From: an uncultured delta proteobacterium
Lineage (GTDB): Bacteria; Myxococcota_A; UBA9160; UBA4427
Assembly (NCBI GenBank): GCA_963822965.1
Contig: CAWGJT010000005.1
Coordinates: forward strand, 1,985,837-2,049,836
Reading direction: 5' to 3'
DNA length: 64,000 nucleotides
This document shows, one piece after another, positions 49,675 to 59,459 of the stretch. The notes beneath the pieces were generated by a model. The model saw only the letters and a program-made list of their open reading frames with translations. It made no database searches and was not told the origin of the DNA. A program made the translations under genes and the position numbers. Every line of letters starts with the position of its first letter. Position 1 is the stretch's first letter.

Positions 49675-49866
49675 GCGATCCGCATTGTGGGCGTGGGCCC
49701 GTCCGAAGGCAATCGCCGCCCGGCGCGGCGGACGCTCACCCACTCACCGACTCACCTGCGGCTCAACAGGCGTCGCCGGACCGCCTATGCTCGTGCCAGC
49801 GCCTGGATCCCCGACCGGGTGGACCGGCTCCAGGCTCCGATTCGACCCCAAGGGGGGACTCCAGTC

Positions 49867-50250
49867 ATGAGCGGTGGTGAGCAGCCCGATCGGCGGGAGC
49901 CCGAGCGCGACCGCAGCCAGGCCGAGCTGCCGGCCCGGCTCCGCTACAAGCCCATGGCGGCCGCCTACCAGGGGGCGGTGGAGTCGGTCTTCGCCCTCGG
50001 CATCGGTGTGGTGGCGGGTTGGGGGGCGGATCGCTACTTCGGGACGGCGCCTTGGTGTCTGGCGGCCGGTGCAACAATCGGTTTCGCGGCGTTCGTCCTG
50101 CGCTTGACTAGACTCAGAGCCGCTCTCGATCCGGCGAGCTCCGAGCCGACGGACGCGCCAGAGCGGCCCGGGCCCCCGGGCGACCACCGACAAGTGCGGC
50201 AGGATGCGCCGCCAGCAGAGCGGCAGAACGAGCGGCCCGAAGAGCCGTGA
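49867..50250 (+). CDS. atpZ: AtpZ/ATPase gene-1 family protein
   Basis: [18 protein letters not shown]; first gene before atpI-atpB. Confidence 0.75.
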   Translation: MSGGEQPDRREPERDRSQAELPARLRYKPMAAAYQGAVESVFALGIGVVAGWGADRYFGTAPWCLAAGATIGFAAFVLRLTRLRAALDPASSEPTDAPERPGPPGDHRQVRQDAPPAERQNERPEEP

Positions 50251-50843
50251 GACGACAGGCCCAGCAGCGACGGACGGGGTCCGCCGCGGGCGGGGCCCCG
50301 ATGGAGCGAGCGAGCCAGATGAGCGGCCTCGGAGACACGCGAGCGGAGATGCTCCGCGTCGAACGCCTCAACCTGACCCTCAGCGCGGGGGCGGTGGCGG
50401 CGTCGTGGGCGCTCTTCTCGCCCCAGGTGGCGGGCGGCCTGGCGGCCGGCGCCGCCGTCGAGGCGCTGAGCTTCCGCACCCTGCACGGCGCGGCGCGGCA
50501 GTTCTTCGCAGGCAACGTGGGCGGCCCGGGCCTGTGGATGGGCGTCGTCGGCCTGCGGCTCGGCGTGCTGATGGGTGCCGTGGTGCTGCTGCTCGTCGCG
50601 GGCACGCACCCGGTGGGTCTCGTGGCGGGCCTCTCGATGGTGATCCCGGCGGTGGTGATCGACGCATGGCGCCATCGGCCGCCGGTCGTCGACCAGAGCG
50701 ACTATCCCGTGCCCCCGCCGGACGACCCCTCCTGGGACCGCATCAGCCTCTGGGGCTTCTCGCGACCGGATCCGGCAGAAGCGCAGGAAGAATTGCAGGA
50801 AGCGCAGGGCGGGCAGGAAGAAGAAGGTGACGAGCAGCGATGA
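50247..50843 (+). CDS. atpI: ATP synthase subunit I-like membrane protein; start uncertain
   Basis: Four hydrophobic segments; overlaps the atpB start. Confidence 0.7.
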   Translation: MRRQAQQRRTGSAAGGAPMERASQMSGLGDTRAEMLRVERLNLTLSAGAVAASWALFSPQVAGGLAAGAAVEALSFRTLHGAARQFFAGNVGGPGLWMGVVGLRLGVLMGAVVLLLVAGTHPVGLVAGLSMVIPAVVIDAWRHRPPVVDQSDYPVPPPDDPSWDRISLWGFSRPDPAEAQEELQEAQGGQEEEGDEQR

Positions 50844-51556
50844 GCATCTACGGCTTCCTCCACGAGCGCGGCATCGGCGAGGTCTACCAGGCCGTCGTCC
50901 TGGCCATGTTCCTGCTGGTGCTGGGCGGCCTCGCGGTGCGCCGGCGCGTCGCCGCCGAGGGCGGCGGCATCGTGCCCGACGAGGGCGTCTCGACGCGAAA
51001 CGTCATCGAGGTGATCGTCGAGATGCTCGTCGGTCAGGCCCGCTCGATCATGGGCGACGAGTACCGCACCTACTTCCCGGTCGTCGCGAGCATCTTCCTC
51101 TTCATCCTCGTCTCGAACCTGATGGGCCTGATCCCGGGCGTGGGCGGCGCCACCACCGACGTCAACACGGCCCTGGCCTGGGCGATCATCTCCTTCCTCG
51201 TCTACAACCTCGTCGGCATCAAGACCCACGGCTGGAAATACATCTACCAGTTCATGGGGCCGGCGCTGATGGAGCGCGAGATCGCAGGCCGGCACTTTCA
51301 CATCCGGGTGCTGGCGCCCATCTTCCTGCCGCTCGAGATCCTGCTGCACTTCGCGCGCATCCTGACGCTCACCGTTCGTCTCGTCGCGAACATGTTCTCG
51401 GACCACAAGGTGATCGCGGTGTGGAGCTCGATCGTGCCCATCGCGGTTCCCGCCATCTTCATGGGGCTGGGGCTCATCGTCTCGGTCCTGCAGGCGTTCG
51501 TGTTCTCGCTCCTCACGATGATCTACATCGGCCTCGCGCTCGAGGAGCCGCACTAG
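50840..51556 (+). CDS. atpB: ATP synthase Fo subunit a
   Basis: FILVSNLMGLIPG, RLVANM, LQAFVF.LL..IY. Confidence 0.96.
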   Translation: MSIYGFLHERGIGEVYQAVVLAMFLLVLGGLAVRRRVAAEGGGIVPDEGVSTRNVIEVIVEMLVGQARSIMGDEYRTYFPVVASIFLFILVSNLMGLIPGVGGATTDVNTALAWAIISFLVYNLVGIKTHGWKYIYQFMGPALMEREIAGRHFHIRVLAPIFLPLEILLHFARILTLTVRLVANMFSDHKVIAVWSSIVPIAVPAIFMGLGLIVSVLQAFVFSLLTMIYIGLALEEPH

Positions 51557-51608
51557 CAATCGGGTTCCGTCCCGCACTCGAAGCATCGAGTATCGAAAGG
51601 AGTAAGAC

Positions 51609-51917
51609 GTGCGAAAACTGGGAAAGCTTCTTCTCTGGACCGTGGCTCTCGTGTTGGCGCCCGCCGTGGCGATGGCCGCGGAGCCCGGCGCGGGGAGCCT
51701 GGGGCCCGGCCTCGGCGCCGGTCTCGCCGTGGGCCTCGCGGGCCTGGGCTGCGGCCTCGGCCAGGGCCTGACGGCCGCGAACACCACGCAGGCGATCGCG
51801 CGCAACCCGGGCGCCGCCGGCGCGATGTTCACGAACTTCATCCTCGGCATGGTGCTCATCGAGTCGATCGCGATCTACGGCCTGCTGATCGCGTTCCTTC
51901 TGATGAACAAGTTCTAG
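51609..51917 (+). CDS. atpE: ATP synthase Fo subunit c with N-terminal extension
   Basis: GxGxGQG, IARNP, ESIAIY. Confidence 0.96.
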   Translation: MRKLGKLLLWTVALVLAPAVAMAAEPGAGSLGPGLGAGLAVGLAGLGCGLGQGLTAANTTQAIARNPGAAGAMFTNFILGMVLIESIAIYGLLIAFLLMNKF

Positions 51918-52100
51918 ATCGAGAGACGGCATCCGGACGGAACCGAAGAGGACGCCGGACGGAGGCTCGAAGCGGGTTCACCCCGTTGTTTCCCGCTTCG
52001 AAACCGTGCCTCCGCCCGGCGACCCGAACCCCGCTGACCCCCGGTCCCGTTAGAGGGGTGCTCGCGGGAGACGTCTTGCGACGTCGCGAGGTCCAGGAGC

Positions 52101-52140
52101 AAGGGGCGTGCCAGATGACTGGCACGCCCCTTCTTGCGTT
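52101..52140 (+). terminator. Rho-independent terminator after atpE
   Basis: AAGGGGCGTGCCAG-ATGA-CTGGCACGCCCCTT then CTTGCGTT. Confidence 0.8.
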
Positions 52141-52192
52141 CAGGCTCACGAGAGGCGCCGGCGCGCTGCATGTGTGAACGTCCCGCCACGCG

Positions 52193-52807
52193 ATGACGGT
52201 GAACCGCGGAAAGCTGATCGCCTTCGAGGGGCTCGACGGCTGCGGGAAGAGCACGCAGCTCGTGCTGCTGGCCGACGCGCTGCGCGCGCGCGGTGTCGAC
52301 GTGGTCACCACCCGGGAGCCCACCGACGGCGAGCACGGCCGGCGCATCCGCGAGGCGGCGCGCTCGGGCACGCAGGTCGATCCCCGAGACGAGCTGGCGT
52401 GGTTCGTCGCCGACCGGCGTGAGCACGTGGATCGCGTGATCGAGCCGGCGCTCGCCGCCGGCCGCACCGTGCTCACCGACCGCTACTACCTGTCGAGCGT
52501 CGCCTACCAGGGCGCGCGGGGTCTCGATCCGGCGCGGATCCTGGCCGAGAGCGAGGCGGCGTTCCCCCGGCCGGACCTCGCCATCCTGGTGGAGATCGAT
52601 CCCGAGCGCGGGCTCGAACGGGTGAACGCGCGGCTGGCGGACGGCGGCACCGCCGAGCCTCTCTTCGAGGAGATCGCGTTCCTGCGCGAGGTGGCCCGGG
52701 TGTTCGCTGCCCTGCGGCTGCCGTACCTGGTGCGCGTTCCGGGCGACGACAGCCCCGAGGCCGTGCACCGCCGCATCTTGAAGCTGGTGGGCGAGCTTCG
52801 GCGCTAG
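52193..52807 (+). CDS. tmk: Thymidylate kinase
   Basis: FEGLDGCGKST, TREP, DRYYLSSVAYQG. Confidence 0.95.
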   Translation: MTVNRGKLIAFEGLDGCGKSTQLVLLADALRARGVDVVTTREPTDGEHGRRIREAARSGTQVDPRDELAWFVADRREHVDRVIEPALAAGRTVLTDRYYLSSVAYQGARGLDPARILAESEAAFPRPDLAILVEIDPERGLERVNARLADGGTAEPLFEEIAFLREVARVFAALRLPYLVRVPGDDSPEAVHRRILKLVGELRR

Positions 52808-52827
52808 TCGGGCCGACGGTGGCGCGG

Positions 52828-53355
52828 TCACGCGCGCCGAGCGTCCGGCTCGTGGAACGCGTGCTCGAGGGCGTGGTCGAGCATCACGTCGTCCTCGAAC
52901 ACGTAGCGACCCGAGAAGGGAATTCCCTGCAGCATGAGCGGCAGCCAGATGCGGTTGTCCTCCCACATCTCGTGATACGGGATGCGCGCCAGGGGCGTCC
53001 ACAGCGGAATCGCCTCGTCGGTCTCGGTCGGACGGCCCTCGAAGCCCTCCGCGGTGAACGCGAAGACGTGGATCGAGTAGCCGTCGACGAACTGGAAGCG
53101 GTGCTCGCCGCGGGCCACGACGCCCCGGGGCGTGACGCACAGCTCTTCCTGCACCTCGCGGACCGCGCACTCCAGGGGCGTCTCGCCGGGCTCGAGCCGG
53201 CCGCCCGGGCCCACGATCTTGCCGGCGCCGAGCCCGCGCTTCTTGCGGATGAGGAGCATCTCGTCCTCTCGGACGACGAAGCACAGGGTGCCGCGCTCGC
53301 GCGGCTGCCAGCGCTGCCAGTCGATCTCGGAGACGCTGCGGGGAACGGGGGGCAC
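52828..53355 (-). CDS. Nudix hydrolase (8-oxo-dGTPase/MTH1-like)
   Basis: [16 protein letters not shown]...CAVREVQEE Nudix box, PY..MW.D; GGAGG RBS. Confidence 0.88.
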   Translation of the reverse strand: MPPVPRSVSEIDWQRWQPRERGTLCFVVREDEMLLIRKKRGLGAGKIVGPGGRLEPGETPLECAVREVQEELCVTPRGVVARGEHRFQFVDGYSIHVFAFTAEGFEGRPTETDEAIPLWTPLARIPYHEMWEDNRIWLPLMLQGIPFSGRYVFEDDVMLDHALEHAFHEPDARRA

Positions 53356-53466
53356 CGCTCCTCCTGTCCGGCGAGTGCGGTCGGGTCGGGCTCGGGCGGC
53401 CAACGTCGCAGCCATGCGCGATGGCCGCAAGTTGCCCCGTGCGGTCGGGCGCGGGAGAATGGGTGC

Positions 53467-53991
53467 ATGCCGGCTCAGCGTAGGTCTGGATCTCCGTCGT
53501 TCGCAGCGTGTGCCACCGCGCTGCCGTTCGTGCTCCTCCTCGCCTTCGCCTGCGCGTCCGAGCCGAAGCCGGTGGCCCTGAAGGTGGGTGGCACGGTGCC
53601 GCGCGTCATGCTCTACGACCAGAACGAGCAGCCGCACCGGATCGACGAGAGCGTTCGGGTCATCTTCTTCGCGCGCGAGATGGAAGGCGGCAAGGTGATC
53701 CGCGCCCTCCTCGACAAAGAGGGACCGAAGTACCTCGAGGCGCACCGCGCCGTCTACGTGGCGGACATCAGCGAGATGCCGCGTCTCATCGCGAGCATGG
53801 TCGCCATTCCCCAGATGCGCAGCGAGCGGCCGTATCCCACGCTCCTCGACCGGGACGGCAAGGCCACCGCCAGCTATCCCTCGGAGGAGGGGCGCGTCAC
53901 CGTGCTCGTGCTCGACAAGCTGCGCGTGAAGGCCGTCGTGTACCGGGGCTCGGTGGCGGGTCTGAAGCAGGTCGTCGATCCCATCCGCTGA
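53467..53991 (+). CDS. Hypothetical lipoprotein, Cys-less thioredoxin-like fold
   Basis: LAFAC lipobox-like; LKVG..P..L.DQ; YVADIS.MP. Confidence 0.6.
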   Translation: MPAQRRSGSPSFAACATALPFVLLLAFACASEPKPVALKVGGTVPRVMLYDQNEQPHRIDESVRVIFFAREMEGGKVIRALLDKEGPKYLEAHRAVYVADISEMPRLIASMVAIPQMRSERPYPTLLDRDGKATASYPSEEGRVTVLVLDKLRVKAVVYRGSVAGLKQVVDPIR

Positions 53992-54075
53992 CGATCCCGG
54001 AGCCATGCGGAGGCGCCCGGCCGCCGGGGTCGCTCGTGTGGGCGAGCCGTCGTGCGAATCCGGAGGATGGGCCCT

Positions 54076-54843
54076 TCAGCGGATGACGAAGAGCTTCTCG
54101 ACGACCCAGTAGATCCCGTAGCCCAGGTAGCCCAGGGGCCCGAGGATGCGCTTGCGCTCGAGGGTGAGGGTCACCGACGAGAGCGACACCTGGCTCTCGA
54201 GGCGTTCGAGCTGTCCCTGCAGCGCCTCGACCTCGGTCTGCACCCGCGCCAGCTCCTTCTCGACGGCCAGGATCTCCTCGACCGTGCTGGCCCGCTCGAG
54301 CAGCTGCCGGAGCCGATCGCGCAGCTTCACGTCGTTGGCGAGACGCACTTTCAGGTCGGCGTGCTGCTCGGTGACGTCGTAGGACGAGACCGAGGCGTGC
54401 TTCACGCGGCCGAGCGCTTCCAGATCGGTCAGCAGGCCGTCGAGCGCCGCGGCGGGCACGCGGAACTGCAGGCGCAGGGACTCTTCGCCCGCCTCGTAGC
54501 TGGATTCGACGAAGCCGTCGCGGCTGGTAACCGCCGCGGTGGCGCGCTCGCCCGCCTGCTCGAGGTCGTCCACCTCGACGCGCAGGTCGGCGGTTCGGAT
54601 GATCTGGCGATCGGTCCGAGGCCCACCCGGCGGAGCTGCTGCCAACCGGGTGCGGCCGAAGCCCTGGGCATCGGCCGACTGCAATGCGGGTGCGCTGTCG
54701 AGCGCGCACCCGGAGAGGGAGAACGCCAGGCCGGGCACGAGCCCCCAGGCGAGGAGGAGCGCGAGCTCGGTGGCGAGGCGGCGCGGCCGGGCCCGACGGG
54801 GCGTGCGAGGCTTGCGGAGCGCGGCCGCGAGGAACCCATGCAT
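54076..54843 (-). CDS. DUF4349-family lipoprotein
   Basis: LSGC lipobox, RQIIRTA.L.VEV, RVPA, DVTEQ..D, coiled coil. Confidence 0.8.
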   Translation of the reverse strand: MHGFLAAALRKPRTPRRARPRRLATELALLLAWGLVPGLAFSLSGCALDSAPALQSADAQGFGRTRLAAAPPGGPRTDRQIIRTADLRVEVDDLEQAGERATAAVTSRDGFVESSYEAGEESLRLQFRVPAAALDGLLTDLEALGRVKHASVSSYDVTEQHADLKVRLANDVKLRDRLRQLLERASTVEEILAVEKELARVQTEVEALQGQLERLESQVSLSSVTLTLERKRILGPLGYLGYGIYWVVEKLFVIR

Positions 54844-54940
54844 GGGGGTAGGGAAACCTCCCGGGCGGTCCCGGTTCGCCGGGAGACCGCTGCTACACTG
54901 CGGCGCGACCTCCGACTCCCCCCGGCGAACGGAGAGCGTG

Positions 54941-55717
54941 ATGCGCGAGGTCGAGATCGAGGGGGCCGGCGTTCCCTGTCTGGTTCCCGTGTCGGCGCTT
55001 CCCAGCCCGCAGCAGCGCGAGCTGCCCGCCGGGCTGCGCGAGCAGCTCGAGCTCATCTTCGTGCAGCCGCCCGGTCCGCCCGAAGACCCCGTGGCCGGCC
55101 TCGAACGCATCCGCGAGGAGTGCGGGCTCGATCGCGTCGGGCTGCTCGGCACCTCGATCTGGGGCCTGCTCGCCGCCGCCTACGCGCGCCGTTACCCGGA
55201 GCGCGTCTCGTTCGTGGTGCTCGTCGGCACCCCGCCCCACATGGCCGGCCTCGAAGACGCCCAGCGCCGTCACTGGGAGGACTTCGCGTCGCCCGAGCAG
55301 AAGGCGCTCCTCGAACGTCGACTCTGCGAGCTGGAGGAGCAGGGCGGCGAAGAGGCCAGCGTCTCCGCCAACGCGCGCGCCTGGGCGCCCATGGGGTGGT
55401 ACGACACCGACTTCGATCCGGGCCCGCTGCTCGAAGGCATCGAGATCGACCACGAGCGCACGGCTGCCACGGTGCGCGCCTTCGCGTCGGTGTCGCTGCC
55501 GGCCGTGCTGCCCCAGCTCGGCTGTCCCGTGCTGCGCATCCACGGCGCCCACGACTACATCGTCCCGCCCACGCTGTGGGACATGCACCGGGATCTGGGC
55601 CCACACGTCAGCGTCCGCATCTTCACGAACAGCGCCCACCACCCCGCCCACGAAGAGCCCGAGCGCTTCCAGAAGGAGCTGCTCGAGTGGATCGCCGGCG
55701 TCCAGGATCGCGGCTAG
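54941..55717 (+). CDS. Alpha/beta-fold hydrolase
   Basis: GTSIWG nucleophile elbow, YPERV, HGAHDYIVP, SAHHP.HEEPE. Confidence 0.8.
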   Translation: MREVEIEGAGVPCLVPVSALPSPQQRELPAGLREQLELIFVQPPGPPEDPVAGLERIREECGLDRVGLLGTSIWGLLAAAYARRYPERVSFVVLVGTPPHMAGLEDAQRRHWEDFASPEQKALLERRLCELEEQGGEEASVSANARAWAPMGWYDTDFDPGPLLEGIEIDHERTAATVRAFASVSLPAVLPQLGCPVLRIHGAHDYIVPPTLWDMHRDLGPHVSVRIFTNSAHHPAHEEPERFQKELLEWIAGVQDRG

Positions 55718-55876
55718 GAGCCTGACCCAAGACACCTCGCGCCGCCCTGACGCCGATGCATCGCCGCTGGCTGCGTTGCGCTGCGTCGCCGTAGCCCGCG
55801 CTACGGCCTCCTCACGCGCCTTGCCAGTGGCGCGCCTCGACGCCAGGGCTTTCCACGGGAGTCTTGGGTCAGGCTC
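55718..55876. mobile_element. MITE, 159 bp, 16-bp terminal inverted repeats, CTAG target duplication
   Basis: CTAG-GAGCCTGACCCAAGAC ... GTCTTGGGTCAGGCTC-CTAG; no transposase. Confidence 0.8.
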
Positions 55877-55953
55877 CTAGCCGACGACTGCCCGGGATTC
55901 GTTCGTCGCCCGAGCCGTCCACGTCGGGTGACAGCGGATCGCGTCGCGACGGA

Positions 55954-56517
55954 TCAGTCGGCGAGCCGAGCGCTCCACGGGTGACCCGCATGCACTACGC
56001 CGAGCGCTTCGGCGAGCCAACGGCGGCGTGCGGCGGAGAGAGCGGGGAGCGCAGCCTCGAAGTCGCGCTCGTCCTTGGGGCGCGGGTGCTTCGCCTTGTA
56101 GAGAAGCTGGATCTCGGGGGCCAGGTACGGCAGGCCGCCACCGTCCCGCAGCACCACCTCGGCGAACGGACGACGGATGCGGGCGTCCCGGCGGAACACC
56201 CACTCGCGAGGGTCGCCCTCGTCGAGCAGCACCTCGAGCGCGAAGGCCCGGGAGCCGTGCGGCTGGCACCAGAGCCCGTGGAGGGGCGCGGCGAGGCCGT
56301 GCCGGCGCTCTGCCTCGGAGAGGACGCGCAGCTCCCCCTGGTGGGCGACGAAGATCTCGAAGCCTTCGAGGTGCTCGTAGAGCGCGCATTGATCTCCGCG
56401 CAGCAGGCCGATCTCGAGGTCGGCGTGGCTGCGGGTGGTCCGGCCCAGGAAGCGGTCGATCGCATGACCGCCGGCGATCCACCACGGAAACAGCGTTCCG
56501 GCGAGGAGCGCGGCCAC
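55954..56517 (-). CDS. Nucleotidyltransferase, ANT(2'')/LnuA-like fold; true start probably further upstream
   Basis: PWWIAGG.AID.FLG..TR.H.DLE, YLAPEIQLLYKAK..RPKD..DF. Confidence 0.78.
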   Translation of the reverse strand: MAALLAGTLFPWWIAGGHAIDRFLGRTTRSHADLEIGLLRGDQCALYEHLEGFEIFVAHQGELRVLSEAERRHGLAAPLHGLWCQPHGSRAFALEVLLDEGDPREWVFRRDARIRRPFAEVVLRDGGGLPYLAPEIQLLYKAKHPRPKDERDFEAALPALSAARRRWLAEALGVVHAGHPWSARLAD

Positions 56518-56686
56518 CGCCTCGCAGGAGAGGGGCTCCCAGCGACGGGCTGCGGTGTCGGCGATGTCGGTGGGGCGGCGGCCGCTCCCGTGCCTGGCGG
56601 CCGGCGACCCGTGTCGGGCGGGCCTGCTAGCCTTCGGCGGCTCGACGGGAGAGGTCGATCACGGGCGAACACGGGGAGGAAGGCCG

Positions 56687-57187
56687 ATGAAGGTCGTGCT
56701 GCGGATCCTGGCAGGCATCGTCGGGCTGGCGGCCGTGGCCCTGCTGGCGGTGTTCGTCTACGGACGCTTCTCGGACGGTCCGGTGGGCTTCTTCTCCGGG
56801 GGTCCTCTGGTGAGCGGGCCGATCGTGGAGGAACCCGTCGCCGACTGGCACTTCGCGAAGGACGTCCGGACGATCGAGTTCCAGCTCGTGGAGCCGCCGC
56901 GCTCGCGCACCACCTGGATCGTGGTGGACGGCCAGCAGGCCTACATCCCGTGCGGCGTTCCCAACTTCCGCCTGTGGAAGAAGTGGCCCCACGAGGCGAT
57001 GCAGGACGGCCGCGCGGTGCTGCGCATCGAGGGCAAGCGCTATCCGGTGCAGCTCACCCGGGTGGACGATCGGGGCCGGGTCGAGGCGCTCACGAAGATC
57101 GTCGGTGACAAGTACGATGTGGGACTGCCGGGGGAGGGTCCCGACACCGTCTGGTTCTTCGAGATTACTTCCCGGGCTGCCGGCTGA
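56687..57187 (+). CDS. Hypothetical membrane-anchored protein (possible split-barrel fold)
   Basis: GGAGG RBS, N-terminal TM, PPRSRTTW.V..G..YI, LRIEGKRY. Confidence 0.6.
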   Translation: MKVVLRILAGIVGLAAVALLAVFVYGRFSDGPVGFFSGGPLVSGPIVEEPVADWHFAKDVRTIEFQLVEPPRSRTTWIVVDGQQAYIPCGVPNFRLWKKWPHEAMQDGRAVLRIEGKRYPVQLTRVDDRGRVEALTKIVGDKYDVGLPGEGPDTVWFFEITSRAAG

Positions 57188-57219
57188 GCGGCTGGGCGAC
57201 GACGGAGGAGGGTGAATCG

Positions 57220-57618
57220 ATGGCGGCGAAGATCTTCCTGGGGCTGAACGCGCTCGTCTTCGTGGGCTACGGGCTCGTGTGTCTGGCTTCGCCCGCGGTG
57301 GTGGCGGACCAGACGGGCATGCAGCTGGCCACGGGGGTGGCGCGCACGGAGGTGCGCGCCATGTACGGCGGCCTGCAGACCGCCGTGGGCCTGCTGGCCC
57401 TGGCCGGCGCCATGCGCCCTGCCCTGCAGCCCACCGTGCTGCTCACCTTCGTGTTCCTGTTCTTCGGCCTGGCCTCGGGACGCATCGTCGGCATCCTCGT
57501 GGACCCCGATCCCGGCTTCTACAACTTCAGCGCGGCCGCCTTCGAGACGCTCTTCGGCGCGATCTCCACGGCGCTGCTCGCGCGGGTGAGCAGCCCGGGC
57601 ACGGCTTCGGTCGCGTAG
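57220..57618 (+). CDS. DUF4345-like membrane protein
   Basis: EVRAMYGG..G, GR..G...D; four TMs; GGAGG RBS. Confidence 0.72.
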   Translation: MAAKIFLGLNALVFVGYGLVCLASPAVVADQTGMQLATGVARTEVRAMYGGLQTAVGLLALAGAMRPALQPTVLLTFVFLFFGLASGRIVGILVDPDPGFYNFSAAAFETLFGAISTALLARVSSPGTASVA

Positions 57619-57655
57619 CCTGATTGGCGTAGCCCGCCGGCCGGGTACCGCGGAT

Positions 57656-57982
57656 TCAGCTCGCCGGATCGGCCGTCGTTCCGGTCACCTCACGCAGCCA
57701 GTCGAGGTAGCTCGCGCCGGCAGACTCGGGCGCCAGCACCACGATCTTCGGGACGTCGTAGGGGTGCAGCTCGCGCAGCCGGCCGGTGGCCTCGTCGGCC
57801 CGCTCGGCGGTGGTCTCCATCAGGATCAGCACCTCGTCGTCCCGCTCGATCTTGCCCTGCCACCAGTAGTGGGAGACGACACCTTCCACGAGGTTGCCGC
57901 AGCCCACGAGCCGCGCTTCCAGCAGCTCGAGCAGCAGCGACTCGGCGCGCGCGCGCGAGCAGGTGGTCAGGATGAGCCGCAT
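57656..57982 (-). CDS. cutA: Divalent-cation tolerance protein CutA
   Basis: LVGC.N, S.YWWQGKIE..E, LHPYDVP.I, YLDW. Confidence 0.9.
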   Translation of the reverse strand: MRLILTTCSRARAESLLLELLEARLVGCGNLVEGVVSHYWWQGKIERDDEVLILMETTAERADEATGRLRELHPYDVPKIVVLAPESAGASYLDWLREVTGTTADPAS

Positions 57983-58160
57983 TCGGGTGGGGCCTCCGGC
58001 CGGGGGGCTCTGGTACGATGCCGCGGCGCGTCCGCAACCGACAGCCCGGGCCGGGTCCGGCCCAGGTGAGGGGTTCGAGAGAGGGCCAGAGAAGGGGCCG
58101 GAGCCGGTCCAGAGCGAGAGCCCGAAGACCCGAAGACCCGAAGAGAAGAAGAGGAGCCCG

Positions 58161-58577
58161 ATGCAGCTCAACGGAATCGCCCACGTCCAGCTCACGGTGA
58201 CGGACGTCGCGCGCTCGAAGGAATTCTACCGGCCGTTGCTCGCGCTGTTCGAGATGCAGGTGCTGATCGACACGGAGACCTACTACTACTGCATCGGAAG
58301 CCGCACGGGCATCGCCATCGCACAGGTCGATCCGAAGCATGCGGGCGACCGCTTCGACCAGCGCCGGGTGGGGCTCCACCACCTGTGCCTGCGGGCCCGC
58401 GAGCGCGAGCAGATCGACGAGATCCACGACTTCGTGGCGGGGCTCGGAGCGACGGTGGTCCATCCGCCCCGGGAAGACGCCTTCGCGCCGGGCTACTACT
58501 CGGTGCTCTTCGAGGACCCCGACGGCATCCGCATCGAGGTCAACCACGTGCCGGGACGGGGCCACCTGAAGTCCTGA
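58161..58577 (+). CDS. VOC/glyoxalase-family protein
   Basis: IAHVQLTVTD..RS..FY, GLHHLC, YYSVLFEDPDGIRIE. Confidence 0.9.
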   Translation: MQLNGIAHVQLTVTDVARSKEFYRPLLALFEMQVLIDTETYYYCIGSRTGIAIAQVDPKHAGDRFDQRRVGLHHLCLRAREREQIDEIHDFVAGLGATVVHPPREDAFAPGYYSVLFEDPDGIRIEVNHVPGRGHLKS

Positions 58578-58703
58578 GGGCGGTGCCGGGCCGGGAGGGG
58601 CCGCCCCGGCTCTCGTTGGCCGGCCTGCCCCGCGCCTTCCGGACGGTGACGGTCGCGCCACAGTGCGATCCATGTCACCAAATCCCTACAGAATCGGAAT
58701 CAA

Positions 58704-58765
58704 TTGACCGATACGAGTCGAACGTGGTAAACGAACAGTCGTTCATGCGACGAACAAACGTTCGT
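58704..58765 (+). promoter_or_regulatory. Putative promoter with two tandem operators
   Basis: TTGACC at 58704; ACGAAC-AGTC-GTTCAT (58731) and ACGAAC-AAAC-GTTCGT (58750). Confidence 0.65.
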
Positions 58766-58788
58766 AATCCACGGGGGACCCTCGAGTC

Positions 58789-59421
58789 ATGCCGACGGAA
58801 GCCGCCACCGGAACCGCCGCCACCCGCGAGCGCATCCTCGACGCCGCGGAGGCCCTCTTCGCCCAGAACGGGCTCGCCGGCACCGCCGTGCGCGACATCG
58901 CCCGGGACGTCGGGCTCACCGCCGCCAGCCTCTACAACCACTTCGCCGGCAAGCAGGAGCTGTACGAGGCCGTCCTCGACCGCGGCGTGCGCCCCCTCAT
59001 CGCCATGATGCAGGAGGTGCCCGCGCAGAGTCAGACCATGGAAGCGCGCGTGCAGCTCATCGACGCCATCATGAAGCACCTGGGCAAGCGCCCGCACCTG
59101 CCGCGCCTCATCCACCACGAGGTGATCAGCGGCGGCGCCTACCTGCACAAGCTCGGGCGCACCTGGCTGAGGCCCCTCATCGCCCAGGGCATCACCGAGA
59201 TGAAGCGCCAGGAAGAGCCCAACTGGAGCGAGGACGAGTACCCGCTCGTCATCACCGCCTGGCTCAACCTCGTGTTCGGTCACTTCACGATGGCCCCCAT
59301 GCTGGGCGTCGTGTTCGACAGCGACCCGCTGGCCCCCGAAGCCATCGAGCGCCAGACCCGTTTCCTGCAGAAGCTCGCGCGCATCATGTCCTCGGGAGAT
59401 CCCGCAGGCCGCAACGGTTGA
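58789..59421 (+). CDS. TetR/AcrR-family regulator
   Basis: RERILDAAEALFA..G..GT.VRDIA..VG...SLYNHF.GK. Confidence 0.93.
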   Translation: MPTEAATGTAATRERILDAAEALFAQNGLAGTAVRDIARDVGLTAASLYNHFAGKQELYEAVLDRGVRPLIAMMQEVPAQSQTMEARVQLIDAIMKHLGKRPHLPRLIHHEVISGGAYLHKLGRTWLRPLIAQGITEMKRQEEPNWSEDEYPLVITAWLNLVFGHFTMAPMLGVVFDSDPLAPEAIERQTRFLQKLARIMSSGDPAGRNG

Positions 59422-59459
59422 ACCCCGCCCCACGAGAGAAGCACGAGAGAGGACCCCCC

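Noticed and set aside
55954..56517. Bona fide aminoglycoside-resistance gene
   Set aside because: Only the fold-level motif is shared; this widespread family has no function assignable from sequence alone
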